The translations under genes and the position numbers were made by a program. A DNA stretch of 43,658 bases from Sandaracinaceae bacterium (GTDB taxonomy: Bacteria; Myxococcota_A; Polyangia; Polyangiales; Sandaracinaceae): assembly GCA_044220955.1 (NCBI GenBank), contig JBGAQA010000057.1, positions 1 through 43,658 on the forward strand, in the 5' to 3' direction. Below, one piece after another: positions 25,703 to 34,804 of the stretch. Each line of letters begins with the position of its first letter. Within the stretch, counting starts at the first letter, position 1. The notes below the pieces were generated by a model. That model saw nothing but the letters and a program-made list of their open reading frames with translations. It did not search any database and had not been told where the DNA came from.

Positions 25703-26653
25703 GTGCGCCACCTCATCCCGTCCGTCCTCGCCCTCGTCGTCGTCCTGGCCCCCGCGGGCGCTCTGGGGCAGACGCCTTCCCGCGCGGCTCGCGTCCTGAC
25801 GCTGCTCGCGGGTGATTCCGTCGGTGCGCTCGTGGCGCGGGACCGCGTGTTCGTTCCGGACGCGAGCCTCCGGGCCCTCTCGGCCTGCTCGGGATCCCGC
25901 TGCGCACCGGTTCGGTCGACGGAGGCGTGCCAGGTCCCTCGGTGCCCCGGGCAGGGAACGCTGCTCGTGCTCGAGGGGCCCATCGCCGACGTCTCCGACC
26001 TGCCGACCGACCGCAGCGGCTTCACGCGCGCGCTCGACGCGATGCGGGTCGATCCCTCGCTCGGGGCGATCGCGTGGTCCTTCGGCTACCACCCCGAGCC
26101 CGCGCCTGAGCCAGCTCCACCGCCGCGCTGGCTCACCTCCGCGCGCATCGACCACGTGGGCTGGGAGCTCGGCGCGTACGCCATCGGCGGGGCCCTCGCC
26201 GGCAGCGGCGTGGGCTTCGTCGGCGGCGAGGTCTCCGGCGGCTTCCGCTTCACGTGGGATCCGCGCACCGAAGAAGACGACTTGCTCGCGATCATCTTCG
26301 GCGACGTGCTGGGCCTCGACGTGCGCGTGCGTGCGCTCGACGTGATGCCCCCGCAGCGGGCCGAGCAGTGGGCCCTCACCGTCGGCCTCGCGCCCGCGAT
26401 GGGCTACGCCTCGCGCAGCGAGGTCTTCCGCTTGCCCACGTTCTACAGCTGCTTTCTGCCCGAGATCGGCGTCGCGCTGCGCGCGGACCGCGACGCTGCC
26501 TGGTACGCGGGCTGGTCGCTGCCGCTCACGTTCCTCGTCGACGAGCACCTCGGGCTCGAGGCGCGTGCCAGCGTGCTGATCGTCGACGACTGGGCGGCGG
26601 GGGACGACGTCGAGGCGATCGTCAGCCTCGGCCTCGGGCTCGTGCCGCGCTGA
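25703..26653 (+). CDS. Hypothetical exported protein, possible C-terminal beta-barrel
   Basis: Signal peptide; alternating hydrophobic strands ending IVSLGLGLVPR. Confidence 0.7.
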   Translation: MRHLIPSVLALVVVLAPAGALGQTPSRAARVLTLLAGDSVGALVARDRVFVPDASLRALSACSGSRCAPVRSTEACQVPRCPGQGTLLVLEGPIADVSDLPTDRSGFTRALDAMRVDPSLGAIAWSFGYHPEPAPEPAPPPRWLTSARIDHVGWELGAYAIGGALAGSGVGFVGGEVSGGFRFTWDPRTEEDDLLAIIFGDVLGLDVRVRALDVMPPQRAEQWALTVGLAPAMGYASRSEVFRLPTFYSCFLPEIGVALRADRDAAWYAGWSLPLTFLVDEHLGLEARASVLIVDDWAAGDDVEAIVSLGLGLVPR

Positions 26654-27416
26654 CGCGCACAGCGCCCTCGTCGATCGGCGCCTCGAGCGCGCGCAGGGTC
26701 GCCTCGCGGGCGAGCGACATCGCCGCGACGCCGGCCTCGAGCCGCGCGGGCCCCGAGCGGGGCAGACCGTCCAGCATCAGTGCCACGAGCGTCGGCCCGC
26801 GGGGCACGGGGAGGCTCGTCCGCCAGGGCGAGCGCGAGGTCAGGTGATGAACGAGCACGCGCTCGCCACGCGCGCCGGCGAGCCCGGGCCGATCGCGGAT
26901 GCCGCCGTCGAGCAGCCAGCGCCCGTCGTGCCGCACCGGGTGGAACAGCAGCGGCACCGCGCACGAGGCGACGACGGCGGGGGCCAGCTCGCCCCGGGTC
27001 ACGACGTGCGTCCGCCTCCGCGAGACGTCGAAGGTCGACACCGCGAGCGGGACCGGGCAGTCCTCGAAGCGCCGCCGCGGCAGGAGCGCCGCGACGCGCG
27101 CACGGAAGAGCTCGCCACGCAGTAGACCGAGCCCGGGGGAAGGGTCCCAGAAGTCCTCGCGCCGGAGCGTGCGCAGCGCAAGGAGCAGGTCGGGCATCGC
27201 CACGCCCGACGCCCACGCCGCCGCGACCAGCGCGCCCGCCGACGAGCCGGCCGCGCCCGAGGGCACGAGCCCCTCCGCGAGCAGCGCATCGAGCATCCCG
27301 GCGTGCGCGTAGAAACCGAAGAACCCCGACGAGAGCACCAGCTCGAAGGGCCTCTCGCCGAGCCACTGCCGCAGCGAGCGGTACGGAGGCGGGTCGGAAG
27401 AGGGGTGGGCCGACAC
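26622..27416 (-). CDS. Patatin-like phospholipase
   Basis: LVLSSGFFGFYAHAG, GSSAG nucleophile, ASCAVP, LLDGG. Confidence 0.9.
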   Translation of the reverse strand: MSAHPSSDPPPYRSLRQWLGERPFELVLSSGFFGFYAHAGMLDALLAEGLVPSGAAGSSAGALVAAAWASGVAMPDLLLALRTLRREDFWDPSPGLGLLRGELFRARVAALLPRRRFEDCPVPLAVSTFDVSRRRTHVVTRGELAPAVVASCAVPLLFHPVRHDGRWLLDGGIRDRPGLAGARGERVLVHHLTSRSPWRTSLPVPRGPTLVALMLDGLPRSGPARLEAGVAAMSLAREATLRALEAPIDEGAVRVSAARARGRG

Positions 27417-27425
27417 GATGGCGGA

Positions 27426-28568
27426 TCAGTTGAACGCCTTCTTCGGGTCCGGCTCGTCCACGCGCACGAGGATCACGCTGACGTTGTCCTTACCGCCGCG
27501 CGAGTTCGCCTCGCGGATCAGCTCGTCGACGGCGTTCTGGATCGTGCTGGCGCCGTAGATGATGTCGCAGATCTTCTCGTCAGGGACCATCTTGAAGAGG
27601 CCGTCCGAGCAGAGGACGTAGTGGTCGCCCTCGCGCGGCTCGTCGATGGCGAGGTCGACCTCGACGTCGTCGAAGACACCGACCGCGCGGCTCAGCTTCG
27701 CCGCCGAGGGGCCCGTCACACCGGCGGCGCCGAGCGTGTGATCGGTCGTGAGCTGGTGCAGGTGTCCGTCGCGGAGGCGGTAGACCCGGCTGTCGCCGAC
27801 GTGCGCGATGTAGACGCGCTTGCGGTTCGGGGCGAAGCGGGCGGCGACGAGCGTCGTGCCCATGCCCTGCTGGTGCTCGTTCTCGCGCGCCTGCGTGAGG
27901 ATCGCGCTGTTCGCGCTCTGGATGGCCCGAACGAGCTCGTCGCCCCGCTTGGGCAGGCCGGCGATCGGCGCGCCGCCGAACTGCTCCGACTCGAAGGAGT
28001 GCTTCAGCACGTCGACGGCCATCTGGCTGGCGACCTCGCCCGCCGCGTAGCCGCCCATTCCGTCGGCGATCGCGAAGAGCGAGTGCGCTGGCAAGACGAC
28101 GTAGGCGTCCTCGTTGTGCTTGCGCTTCTTGCCCTGATCCGTCCCGCCGACGGCGGACACCAGGATGCGCGCGACCGGTCCGGTCGGCTCGTCGTCGATC
28201 ACGGCCTCGGCCTCCCCCGAGTCGATCGAGATGTCGATCTCCGAGCTCATCGTCTGTGTCGAGACCGAGACGCGCCCGCGCTGACCGCTCACCCGAGGGC
28301 CGTCGCCGAGCGTGGTCCCGCCGTCGTCCGATGGCTCGGTCATGTCGGCGCGCGGCTTCACCGAGAGGACCGGCGTGACCGCGAGCGAGTCGGGCAGGGG
28401 CGCGGCCGCCGGGGCGGCCTCGGCCGAGGGCGCGGCGGCCGCGGCGGTGTCGGACGGGCCGGGGCTGGTCGGGGTGCCGGACGGCGCGGAAGCGCCACGC
28501 GCTTTCGCGATCGCCACCACGAGCAGCGCAACTGCCAGCGCCACGAGGCCCAAGACGACCCAGAACAT
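27426..28568 (-). CDS. PP2C-family Ser/Thr phosphatase with N-terminal TM anchor
   Basis: TDQGKKRKHNED, IADGMGG, GMGTT, HVGDSRVY, LCSDGL, GGKDNVSV. Confidence 0.95.
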   Translation of the reverse strand: MFWVVLGLVALAVALLVVAIAKARGASAPSGTPTSPGPSDTAAAAAPSAEAAPAAAPLPDSLAVTPVLSVKPRADMTEPSDDGGTTLGDGPRVSGQRGRVSVSTQTMSSEIDISIDSGEAEAVIDDEPTGPVARILVSAVGGTDQGKKRKHNEDAYVVLPAHSLFAIADGMGGYAAGEVASQMAVDVLKHSFESEQFGGAPIAGLPKRGDELVRAIQSANSAILTQARENEHQQGMGTTLVAARFAPNRKRVYIAHVGDSRVYRLRDGHLHQLTTDHTLGAAGVTGPSAAKLSRAVGVFDDVEVDLAIDEPREGDHYVLCSDGLFKMVPDEKICDIIYGASTIQNAVDELIREANSRGGKDNVSVILVRVDEPDPKKAFN

Positions 28569-28649
28569 TGCCGACGACCAGCTTATCCCAATCCGGGGCA
28601 GGAGCGACGGTTTCTTGCGTCCAGCGCGGCGCCGAACAAAGCTCGTTCG

Positions 28650-31010
28650 ATGAGCGCGGACGCGAGCGCGAGGAAGACCACCGAGGCCACGGCGCCGGGG
28701 CGCGCGGAGACCGTGATGCCCCTCGTCGTTCGCCGCGACGGGGCCTCGGACGCATCCGTCGCGACCTCCTCCGGTCGAGGGCGCCACGCCACGCTGGCTT
28801 CGATCGAGCTGTCCGGGCTCTTCGCCACGTCCCCGGACGCCCTGCGGCGCAGGCTCCTCGGACCCTGGTCCGAGGGACTCCGCCAGTACCTGGCGCTGCG
28901 CCTCGGCGACGTCGGGGCGGCCGACGACGCGCTCCGGGAGCTGCGCAGGCTCGTCACCGCCACCCCCACCTCCGAGCTCGTGCTCGACCCGGGCCCGAAG
29001 GCGCGCGTGTACCGCCTCGCCCGCCGCATCGCGCGCGATCGCCTGGAGCGACCCGTCAGCGCGGACGACCCGCCCGTGTACCGCACGCCCGGGGAGGCCG
29101 ATCGCACCTACCTCGCCGCGCTCGATGCGCTGCGCGTCGATCTCCCGGAGGACGCCCGGGAGCTGCTCGAGCTGCGTCACGCGCGCGAGCTCCTGCCGGT
29201 GGAGCTCGCGTGTGTTCTCGAGCGGAGCGAAGCGGACGTGGAGAGCGCGCTTGGGGCGGCGCAGCGCGAGGCGGCCAAGCTCGCGCCGGCCGTCCCGTTC
29301 TCGCCGCAGCTCGTCGTCGACGCCTTCGCGCTGGTCGGATCCTCGGTCGAGCGCAAGGACCAGGACGCGGGTGCCGAGCGCGAGGGCGTCGCGGAGGGCA
29401 CCGTCATCGGCGGGCGCTACCGCGTGGTCGCGCGCGTGGGCGTGGGCGCGTTCGGCGACGTCTACAAGGCCGACGACCAGGACGTTCCCGGCCACCGCGT
29501 CGCGCTCAAGGTGCTCCGGGAGCCTGCCCTCTCTCAGGCCGCACGCGACGAGGCGCTCCGCGAGCTCAAGCTCATCGCTGCCGTCTTCCATCCCTCCGTC
29601 GTCCTGTTCAAGGACCACGGCTGGTTCGAGGATCGGCTCTGGTTCGTCATGCCCTGGTACGAGGGCGAGACGCTCGAGGCGCGGATGCGGCGCACGACCG
29701 AGGGCCGTCCCGGCATCACCCGTCAGCAAGCGCGACGCATCTTCGAGCCCCTCGCGCGCGCGCTGGCCACGCTCCACGGAAGCGGCATTCGCCACCAGGA
29801 CATCAAGCCGGACAACGTGTTCCTCGCTCGCATCAAGGGGCTCTCGGCGGCCGGCGGTGAGGAGGCCGGGATCCTTCCGATCCTCATCGACCTCGGCGTC
29901 GCGGCCAAGGACCACGAGGCGCTCATCGGCGGCACGCCGGTGTACTTCGCGCCCGAGGTGGCCGCGCACTACGCCCAGGTCGGCGGCGACGCCGTGGGCC
30001 CGAAGGCGGACGTGTTCGCGCTCGCCCTCTCGCTGCGCAACGCGCTCGAGCCGGAGACGGAGGAGGACGTCCCGGCGGGGGCCGTCGAGGCGTTCATCCA
30101 GCGCCGCGCCACGCAGGCGCCTCCGCTCCCCGCGCGGCGGGACCTGGCCTTCCTGAGGCCGCATTTCGCCCGCTGGCTGGCGGTCGACCCGGAGGAGCGG
30201 CCGAGCGCGGAGCAGCTCGCTCGCGAGCTCGAGGTGCTGACGCGGCCAGAGGAGCGCACGGCGCGCACGCGCAAGACGCTCGCCTGGCTGGTCCCGATGC
30301 TGGCCGGCGTGACCGCGATCTTCGTCGCGGTCGTCTACACGTACGCGCAGCAGGCGGCGCACCAGCGGCGCGTGATCGACCGGACGCGGGTCGAGGTCGC
30401 GAACGTCCGCGCGGATCTCCTGGTCGAGGAGGCACGGCGGCAGGCGCTCGATCAGGACCACGCGCAGCTGATGCAGCAGTACGAGGAGGGGCGCCTCTCG
30501 CGCTCCGAGCTCGCCGGCCAGCTCGCCACCGCCCAGGGTCAGATCGAGATCCTCGGCGGGCGCATCGCATCGCTCATCGCGGAGCGCGATCAGATCGCCG
30601 CCGACATCGCGGGCGTGCGCGCGCGGCTCGCCCAGTCGGACACGACCCTCACGTCGACGGCCGCCGAGCTACGAGAGGCGCAAGCCGAGCGCCACGCCGT
30701 CGAGACGGATCTGGCCGAGGCGCGCGCGCAGCACGAGCGCGTCCAGGCCGAGCTGAGCGACGAGCTCGCGGCCGCCGAGGTCCGCGCCGAGGCGCGCGAC
30801 GGCGAGCTCGCGCGCCTGCGCGGCTCGCTCGACGAGGCCGAGGCACGGCTGCACGAGATGGAGGCGCGCGCTCGGGTCGCCGAGAGCGAGCGGGACGACG
30901 CCCAGCGCGATCTGCGCGACCTGCAGAGCCGCGTCGCGGAGCTGCGCGACATGCTCGATCGCCCGGCGCCGTCCACGCAAGACGAGGTCGCCACGGGCGC
31001 GACGCCCTGA
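28650..31010 (+). CDS. Ser/Thr protein kinase with N-terminal sigma-like domain, TM and C-terminal coiled coil
   Basis: GVGAFGDVYKA, VALK, HQDIKPDN, DLG, GTPVYFAPE, ADVFAL; TM at about 30278-30345; heptad-rich tail. Confidence 0.92.
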   Translation: MSADASARKTTEATAPGRAETVMPLVVRRDGASDASVATSSGRGRHATLASIELSGLFATSPDALRRRLLGPWSEGLRQYLALRLGDVGAADDALRELRRLVTATPTSELVLDPGPKARVYRLARRIARDRLERPVSADDPPVYRTPGEADRTYLAALDALRVDLPEDARELLELRHARELLPVELACVLERSEADVESALGAAQREAAKLAPAVPFSPQLVVDAFALVGSSVERKDQDAGAEREGVAEGTVIGGRYRVVARVGVGAFGDVYKADDQDVPGHRVALKVLREPALSQAARDEALRELKLIAAVFHPSVVLFKDHGWFEDRLWFVMPWYEGETLEARMRRTTEGRPGITRQQARRIFEPLARALATLHGSGIRHQDIKPDNVFLARIKGLSAAGGEEAGILPILIDLGVAAKDHEALIGGTPVYFAPEVAAHYAQVGGDAVGPKADVFALALSLRNALEPETEEDVPAGAVEAFIQRRATQAPPLPARRDLAFLRPHFARWLAVDPEERPSAEQLARELEVLTRPEERTARTRKTLAWLVPMLAGVTAIFVAVVYTYAQQAAHQRRVIDRTRVEVANVRADLLVEEARRQALDQDHAQLMQQYEEGRLSRSELAGQLATAQGQIEILGGRIASLIAERDQIAADIAGVRARLAQSDTTLTSTAAELREAQAERHAVETDLAEARAQHERVQAELSDELAAAEVRAEARDGELARLRGSLDEAEARLHEMEARARVAESERDDAQRDLRDLQSRVAELRDMLDRPAPSTQDEVATGATP

Positions 31011-31045
31011 TCGCTCGCCGGGTCGGACCCGGGTAGCATCGACCC

Positions 31046-31666
31046 GTGGACGAGGAGCGCCCGCGGGTCACCGTTCCGCGACCCCGCTCGATCGAGGTCG
31101 TCTTCGGCGCGCCCGTTCGTGTCGCCGACGGGAGCGCTGGCTACCGCGACGGCGCGCCGCCCCTCGAGGTGCCCGCCTCGGTCACGATGACGCGCAGGTG
31201 GGCGCACGGTCCCGTCCTGCGCCGAGGCGTCTTCTTCGTCTTGTCGACGGCGCTCGTCTTCGCGTGGCTCGTGTGGCTCGCGGACGACCCCTCGTTCACG
31301 GTGTTCTTCGCGACCGTCGGCGGCCTCTGCCTGGCGCCGGCCCTGTACTACGTGGCGGCCGAGGCGCTCAACTGGACGGCCGTCGTCGTGGGCCGCGAGG
31401 CGCTCCACGTCTCGCACGGGCCGCTCCCGGTCGCCGGAGCCCGGCCCGTCACGCTCAGCGTCCCCTCGCTCACGCAGGTCTTCGTCAGGAGGCGCGTGTG
31501 GGGACGCGGCGACGCCTTCGTCGGCTACACGCTCTGGGCTCGGGCGGCGGAGCAGGACGTCGAGCTCGTCGGCCGTCCGATGCCGCTCCAGGACGCGCGC
31601 TTCCTCGAGCAGACCATCGAGGTCCACCTCGGGATCGAGGACGACCGCCCGATGGGCGACGTCTGA
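31046..31666 (+). CDS. Hypothetical membrane protein
   Basis: Two TM segments then a PH-like soluble part (LHVSHGPLP..ARFLEQTIEVHLGIED); TAGCAT 6 nt before the GTG. Confidence 0.75.
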   Translation: MDEERPRVTVPRPRSIEVVFGAPVRVADGSAGYRDGAPPLEVPASVTMTRRWAHGPVLRRGVFFVLSTALVFAWLVWLADDPSFTVFFATVGGLCLAPALYYVAAEALNWTAVVVGREALHVSHGPLPVAGARPVTLSVPSLTQVFVRRRVWGRGDAFVGYTLWARAAEQDVELVGRPMPLQDARFLEQTIEVHLGIEDDRPMGDV

Positions 31667-31691
31667 TCCGCGTCGACACCAGGGCGGGTCG

Positions 31692-33383
31692 TCATCCCTC
31701 GGGCGTCGTGCCGTGCACGTACACCCACGTCGACGGATCGGCCGGCGTCGGGAACACGGTGTGCCAGCCCTCCGGCAGTCGCGGGTGCGCCCAGTCGAAG
31801 AGCCAGTGGGCGTCCGCCGGCGCGAGGTTCACGCACCCGTGGCTGCGCGGCCGCCCGAAGCCGTCGTGCCAGAACGCCGAGTGCAGCGCGAACGCGAGCT
31901 CGAAGTACATCACGTAGGGAACGTCCTCGATCGAGTAGGGACCGTCCGTCGCGTGATCACCGTCCATCGTGTGCGTGACGTACTTGCTGCGAATGCGCCA
32001 CAGGCCCGTCGGCGTGTCGTGCGTCTGGAGCGGATCCTCCGGATCGCGGATGCGTCCGCTCGACACCAGCGTCGCGTACACCGGCGTCATCCCGTCGTAC
32101 GCGACCAGCGTCTGGTGTGCGAGATCGACGTCGATCCACGTCTCGGTCGGGCCGACGCCCTCGGGCGCGCTCGCGGCCGCTCGGATGACCGTGACCTCGT
32201 CTTCCCGGTAGATCTCGGCGTCCGAGCGGACGAGGTAGTGCGCGCCGCGCTCGTCGAGCTCGCTCGTGACGCGGAAGACGTGGTGATAGCCCGGACGTCG
32301 CCCGCGGCGCAGGCGCCCGTCGCGCCCGCGCGTGAACATGGCCGTCTTGGACGACGTCACATAGCCGATGGGCAGCACCATGTGCGCGGCGTCGAGCACC
32401 TGTCCGGCGTCGAGGCCGGCGTCGACCCCCGAGTCCACCGAGGCGCTCGCTGCGATGCGCTCGAGGGCCTCGCCGCGGAACTCGGACCCGTGAACGAGGC
32501 CGACCTGCAGGTACGGAACGATCCCGTTCGACAGGGTGCGCCAGTAGCGTCGGGGGCCGGTGCGGAGGTCGCGGTCGAGGCTGACGATGAAGCCGCTCAC
32601 GAGCCGTCGCTGAAGCACGCTGTCGGGGTCGCCCGCGAGCGCGCCCAGCGTCAGGACGCCGGCGTCCACGTCGGTGGGCTCGATCGCCCCCTCGGCGGCG
32701 CTCGTGGCCGCGGCACCGGACGCCGGCATCACCTCGGCCTCGACGATCGGCGCGGGCGCATCCGTCTCCGGCGCGGCGGCGGCCTCGGGCGCGCCCTCGA
32801 CGAGGGCGGGCGCGACGCCCGGGATGCGATAGCCCTCGAACTGGGCGGCCTCCTCGTCCGAGGGCAGGCGCCGGTACATCGGCGCGCCGTCGCGTCGGGT
32901 ACGGCCGTACTCGTACGGGAGCGGCGCCGAGAAGTCGGGCTGGGCGGGTCGCCGCGCGGGCAGTCTCCGGCCCGTGAAGGCGATGACGTCGCGGCCGTTG
33001 CAGACGTAGCCGCCGGTCGTAAGCTCGAACCATCCCTCGCGGCAGCCTTCGGTGCCGAGGGGGAGTGCGGTGGTCGCCTGGAGCAGGGCGCCGGCGCGCA
33101 GATACCCGAGGTTCTCCGAGTCTCGAGCCGGCTGCGCGTGCACCTCCACCACCCATCGCTTGGCGAAGATGCGGCGCGGCGGGCCGGCGTCGGGCGGCGG
33201 CCCCGTGTCCGTCCCGGCGTCGTGCGGCTCCGGCGGGCCGGCGTCGGGCGCTGCGCTCGCCTCGCCCTCGTCGTCACCGCACGCGACGAGGCCCAGGCCG
33301 ATCGCCACCGACAGGATCGCGGCGCACGTGGCGCCTCGCGTGGGAACGATGTGCATGCGCCCGGAGCGCCGATCTGTTTTCAC
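31692..33383 (-). CDS. L,D-transpeptidase (YkuD family) lipoprotein
   Basis: Lipobox LVA-C; WIDVDLAHQTLVAYDG, TPTG, ALHSAFWHDGFGRPRSHGCVNL. Start may be ATG 33356. Confidence 0.93.
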   Translation of the reverse strand: MKTDRRSGRMHIVPTRGATCAAILSVAIGLGLVACGDDEGEASAAPDAGPPEPHDAGTDTGPPPDAGPPRRIFAKRWVVEVHAQPARDSENLGYLRAGALLQATTALPLGTEGCREGWFELTTGGYVCNGRDVIAFTGRRLPARRPAQPDFSAPLPYEYGRTRRDGAPMYRRLPSDEEAAQFEGYRIPGVAPALVEGAPEAAAAPETDAPAPIVEAEVMPASGAAATSAAEGAIEPTDVDAGVLTLGALAGDPDSVLQRRLVSGFIVSLDRDLRTGPRRYWRTLSNGIVPYLQVGLVHGSEFRGEALERIAASASVDSGVDAGLDAGQVLDAAHMVLPIGYVTSSKTAMFTRGRDGRLRRGRRPGYHHVFRVTSELDERGAHYLVRSDAEIYREDEVTVIRAAASAPEGVGPTETWIDVDLAHQTLVAYDGMTPVYATLVSSGRIRDPEDPLQTHDTPTGLWRIRSKYVTHTMDGDHATDGPYSIEDVPYVMYFELAFALHSAFWHDGFGRPRSHGCVNLAPADAHWLFDWAHPRLPEGWHTVFPTPADPSTWVYVHGTTPEG

Positions 33384-33409
33384 GCGCCCCGAGCGTGGTC
33401 AAGGCAAGC

Positions 33410-34705
33410 GTGACGCGCGAGATCCGGCAGCTCGGGCTGGCGTCGGTCGCCTCCGTCGGTGCGCACGTCCTCTTCGTGCTCCTCGTGCTGACGCTGCAGA
33501 CCCCGTTCGACACCGGGTTCGAGTTCTCCATCCCCGTCGAGGTCGAGCTCGGGCTGACCGACGCGCAGGAGGTGGAGGCCGCGCCGCTGCCGACCCCGCC
33601 CCCGCCGGAGGAGACGAGCGCGACCGAGGGCCAGGGCGGCGCATCGCCCGGCCAGGGGCTCGACGCGGGCGTGCCCATGGACGCGGGCGGCGACGGCGGT
33701 CGACCGGACGCGGGCCGCCGTCGCCGGCGGGATGCGGGGGCCGACGGAGGCCTCGCGGTCGCCGAGGGCCCCGGGGGCGACGGCGGCTCGCCCGTGGCGT
33801 TCCTCCCTGCGGGCGCGCAGATCGCGCTTCGCATCGACATGGATCGCATCCGCGCCTCGCCCCTGCGCGCCGAGGTCGAGCAGCTCCTCGCGGCCATCCC
33901 GGACTGGGAAGCGGTCCTGGGGGGCTCCGGGATCGAGCCGGTGCGCGACCTGTCCCGCGTCCTGATCGCGACACCGAACTTCCAGCGCGCGAACATCGTC
34001 GTCGCCGGCGCGCTCTCGGACGTCGCGCCGCCGCCGCGCGAGGTGGCCGAGCGCGTCGCCGCCGCGAGCGGCCACACCCTCGAGTGGACCGACGAGAACG
34101 GGATCGCGAGCGCGCCGTTCTATTCGCCCGACGGCGCCGATCGCCGCGTCGCGATCCTCGACGCGCGGCACGTCGTCCTGAGCCGGCCGGAGGATCTCGA
34201 GCGCGTGCTCGCGATCGCCGCGGCCAGGACGACGGACCCGAACACCGATCGCGCAGACGCCCTCCTGTCCATGAACGAGGGCGAGGCCGTGAGCGTCGAG
34301 GTCGAGGGCCTCGCGGCGTTCGTGCGGCGCTCGCCCTGCGAGGTGGCGCGACGCGCGCGCCTCTCGATGGTGCAGGCGGAGGACGGCGTGACCATCGAGG
34401 GCGTCGCGTATTTCGACACGGCCGAGCACGCGGAGTCCGCGCGGCAGTGCTTCGACGACCTGCGCGTGCGCGCCGCCGCCAACCCGCTCGTGCAGATCAT
34501 GGGCTTCTCGGTGCCGCTCTACGAGATCGAGCTCTCCGCAGAGGACGGCGTCCTGCACGCGCACGGCGCGCTCTCGCAGGATCAGCTGCGGCGGATCATG
34601 GAGATGCTGCGCGGGATGCTCACGCCGCCGCCGCGCGCGCCGCACGTCGTGCCGCCCCCGAGCAGCACGGCGCCGCCGCAGCCGTCCGATCCGCTGCCCG
34701 GATGA
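33410..34705 (+). CDS. Hypothetical membrane-anchored protein
   Basis: TonB-like anchor (SVGAHVLFV), Pro and DAG linker, globular C-terminal region. Confidence 0.7.
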   Translation: MTREIRQLGLASVASVGAHVLFVLLVLTLQTPFDTGFEFSIPVEVELGLTDAQEVEAAPLPTPPPPEETSATEGQGGASPGQGLDAGVPMDAGGDGGRPDAGRRRRRDAGADGGLAVAEGPGGDGGSPVAFLPAGAQIALRIDMDRIRASPLRAEVEQLLAAIPDWEAVLGGSGIEPVRDLSRVLIATPNFQRANIVVAGALSDVAPPPREVAERVAAASGHTLEWTDENGIASAPFYSPDGADRRVAILDARHVVLSRPEDLERVLAIAAARTTDPNTDRADALLSMNEGEAVSVEVEGLAAFVRRSPCEVARRARLSMVQAEDGVTIEGVAYFDTAEHAESARQCFDDLRVRAAANPLVQIMGFSVPLYEIELSAEDGVLHAHGALSQDQLRRIMEMLRGMLTPPPRAPHVVPPPSSTAPPQPSDPLPG

Positions 34706-34804
34706 GCCGGTCGCTCGGCGTGGCGGTCGAGCACCATCCATCGGCGCCGTTCGCTCCGCGCACCGTGCTGAGTGGCGTTTCCCGGGCTCGAAAGTGTCGG
34801 GCGC

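Noticed and set aside
26622..26653. 32-bp convergent overlap of the patatin gene and its neighbour
   Set aside because: Short 3' overlaps are common in GC-rich genomes; no further signal.
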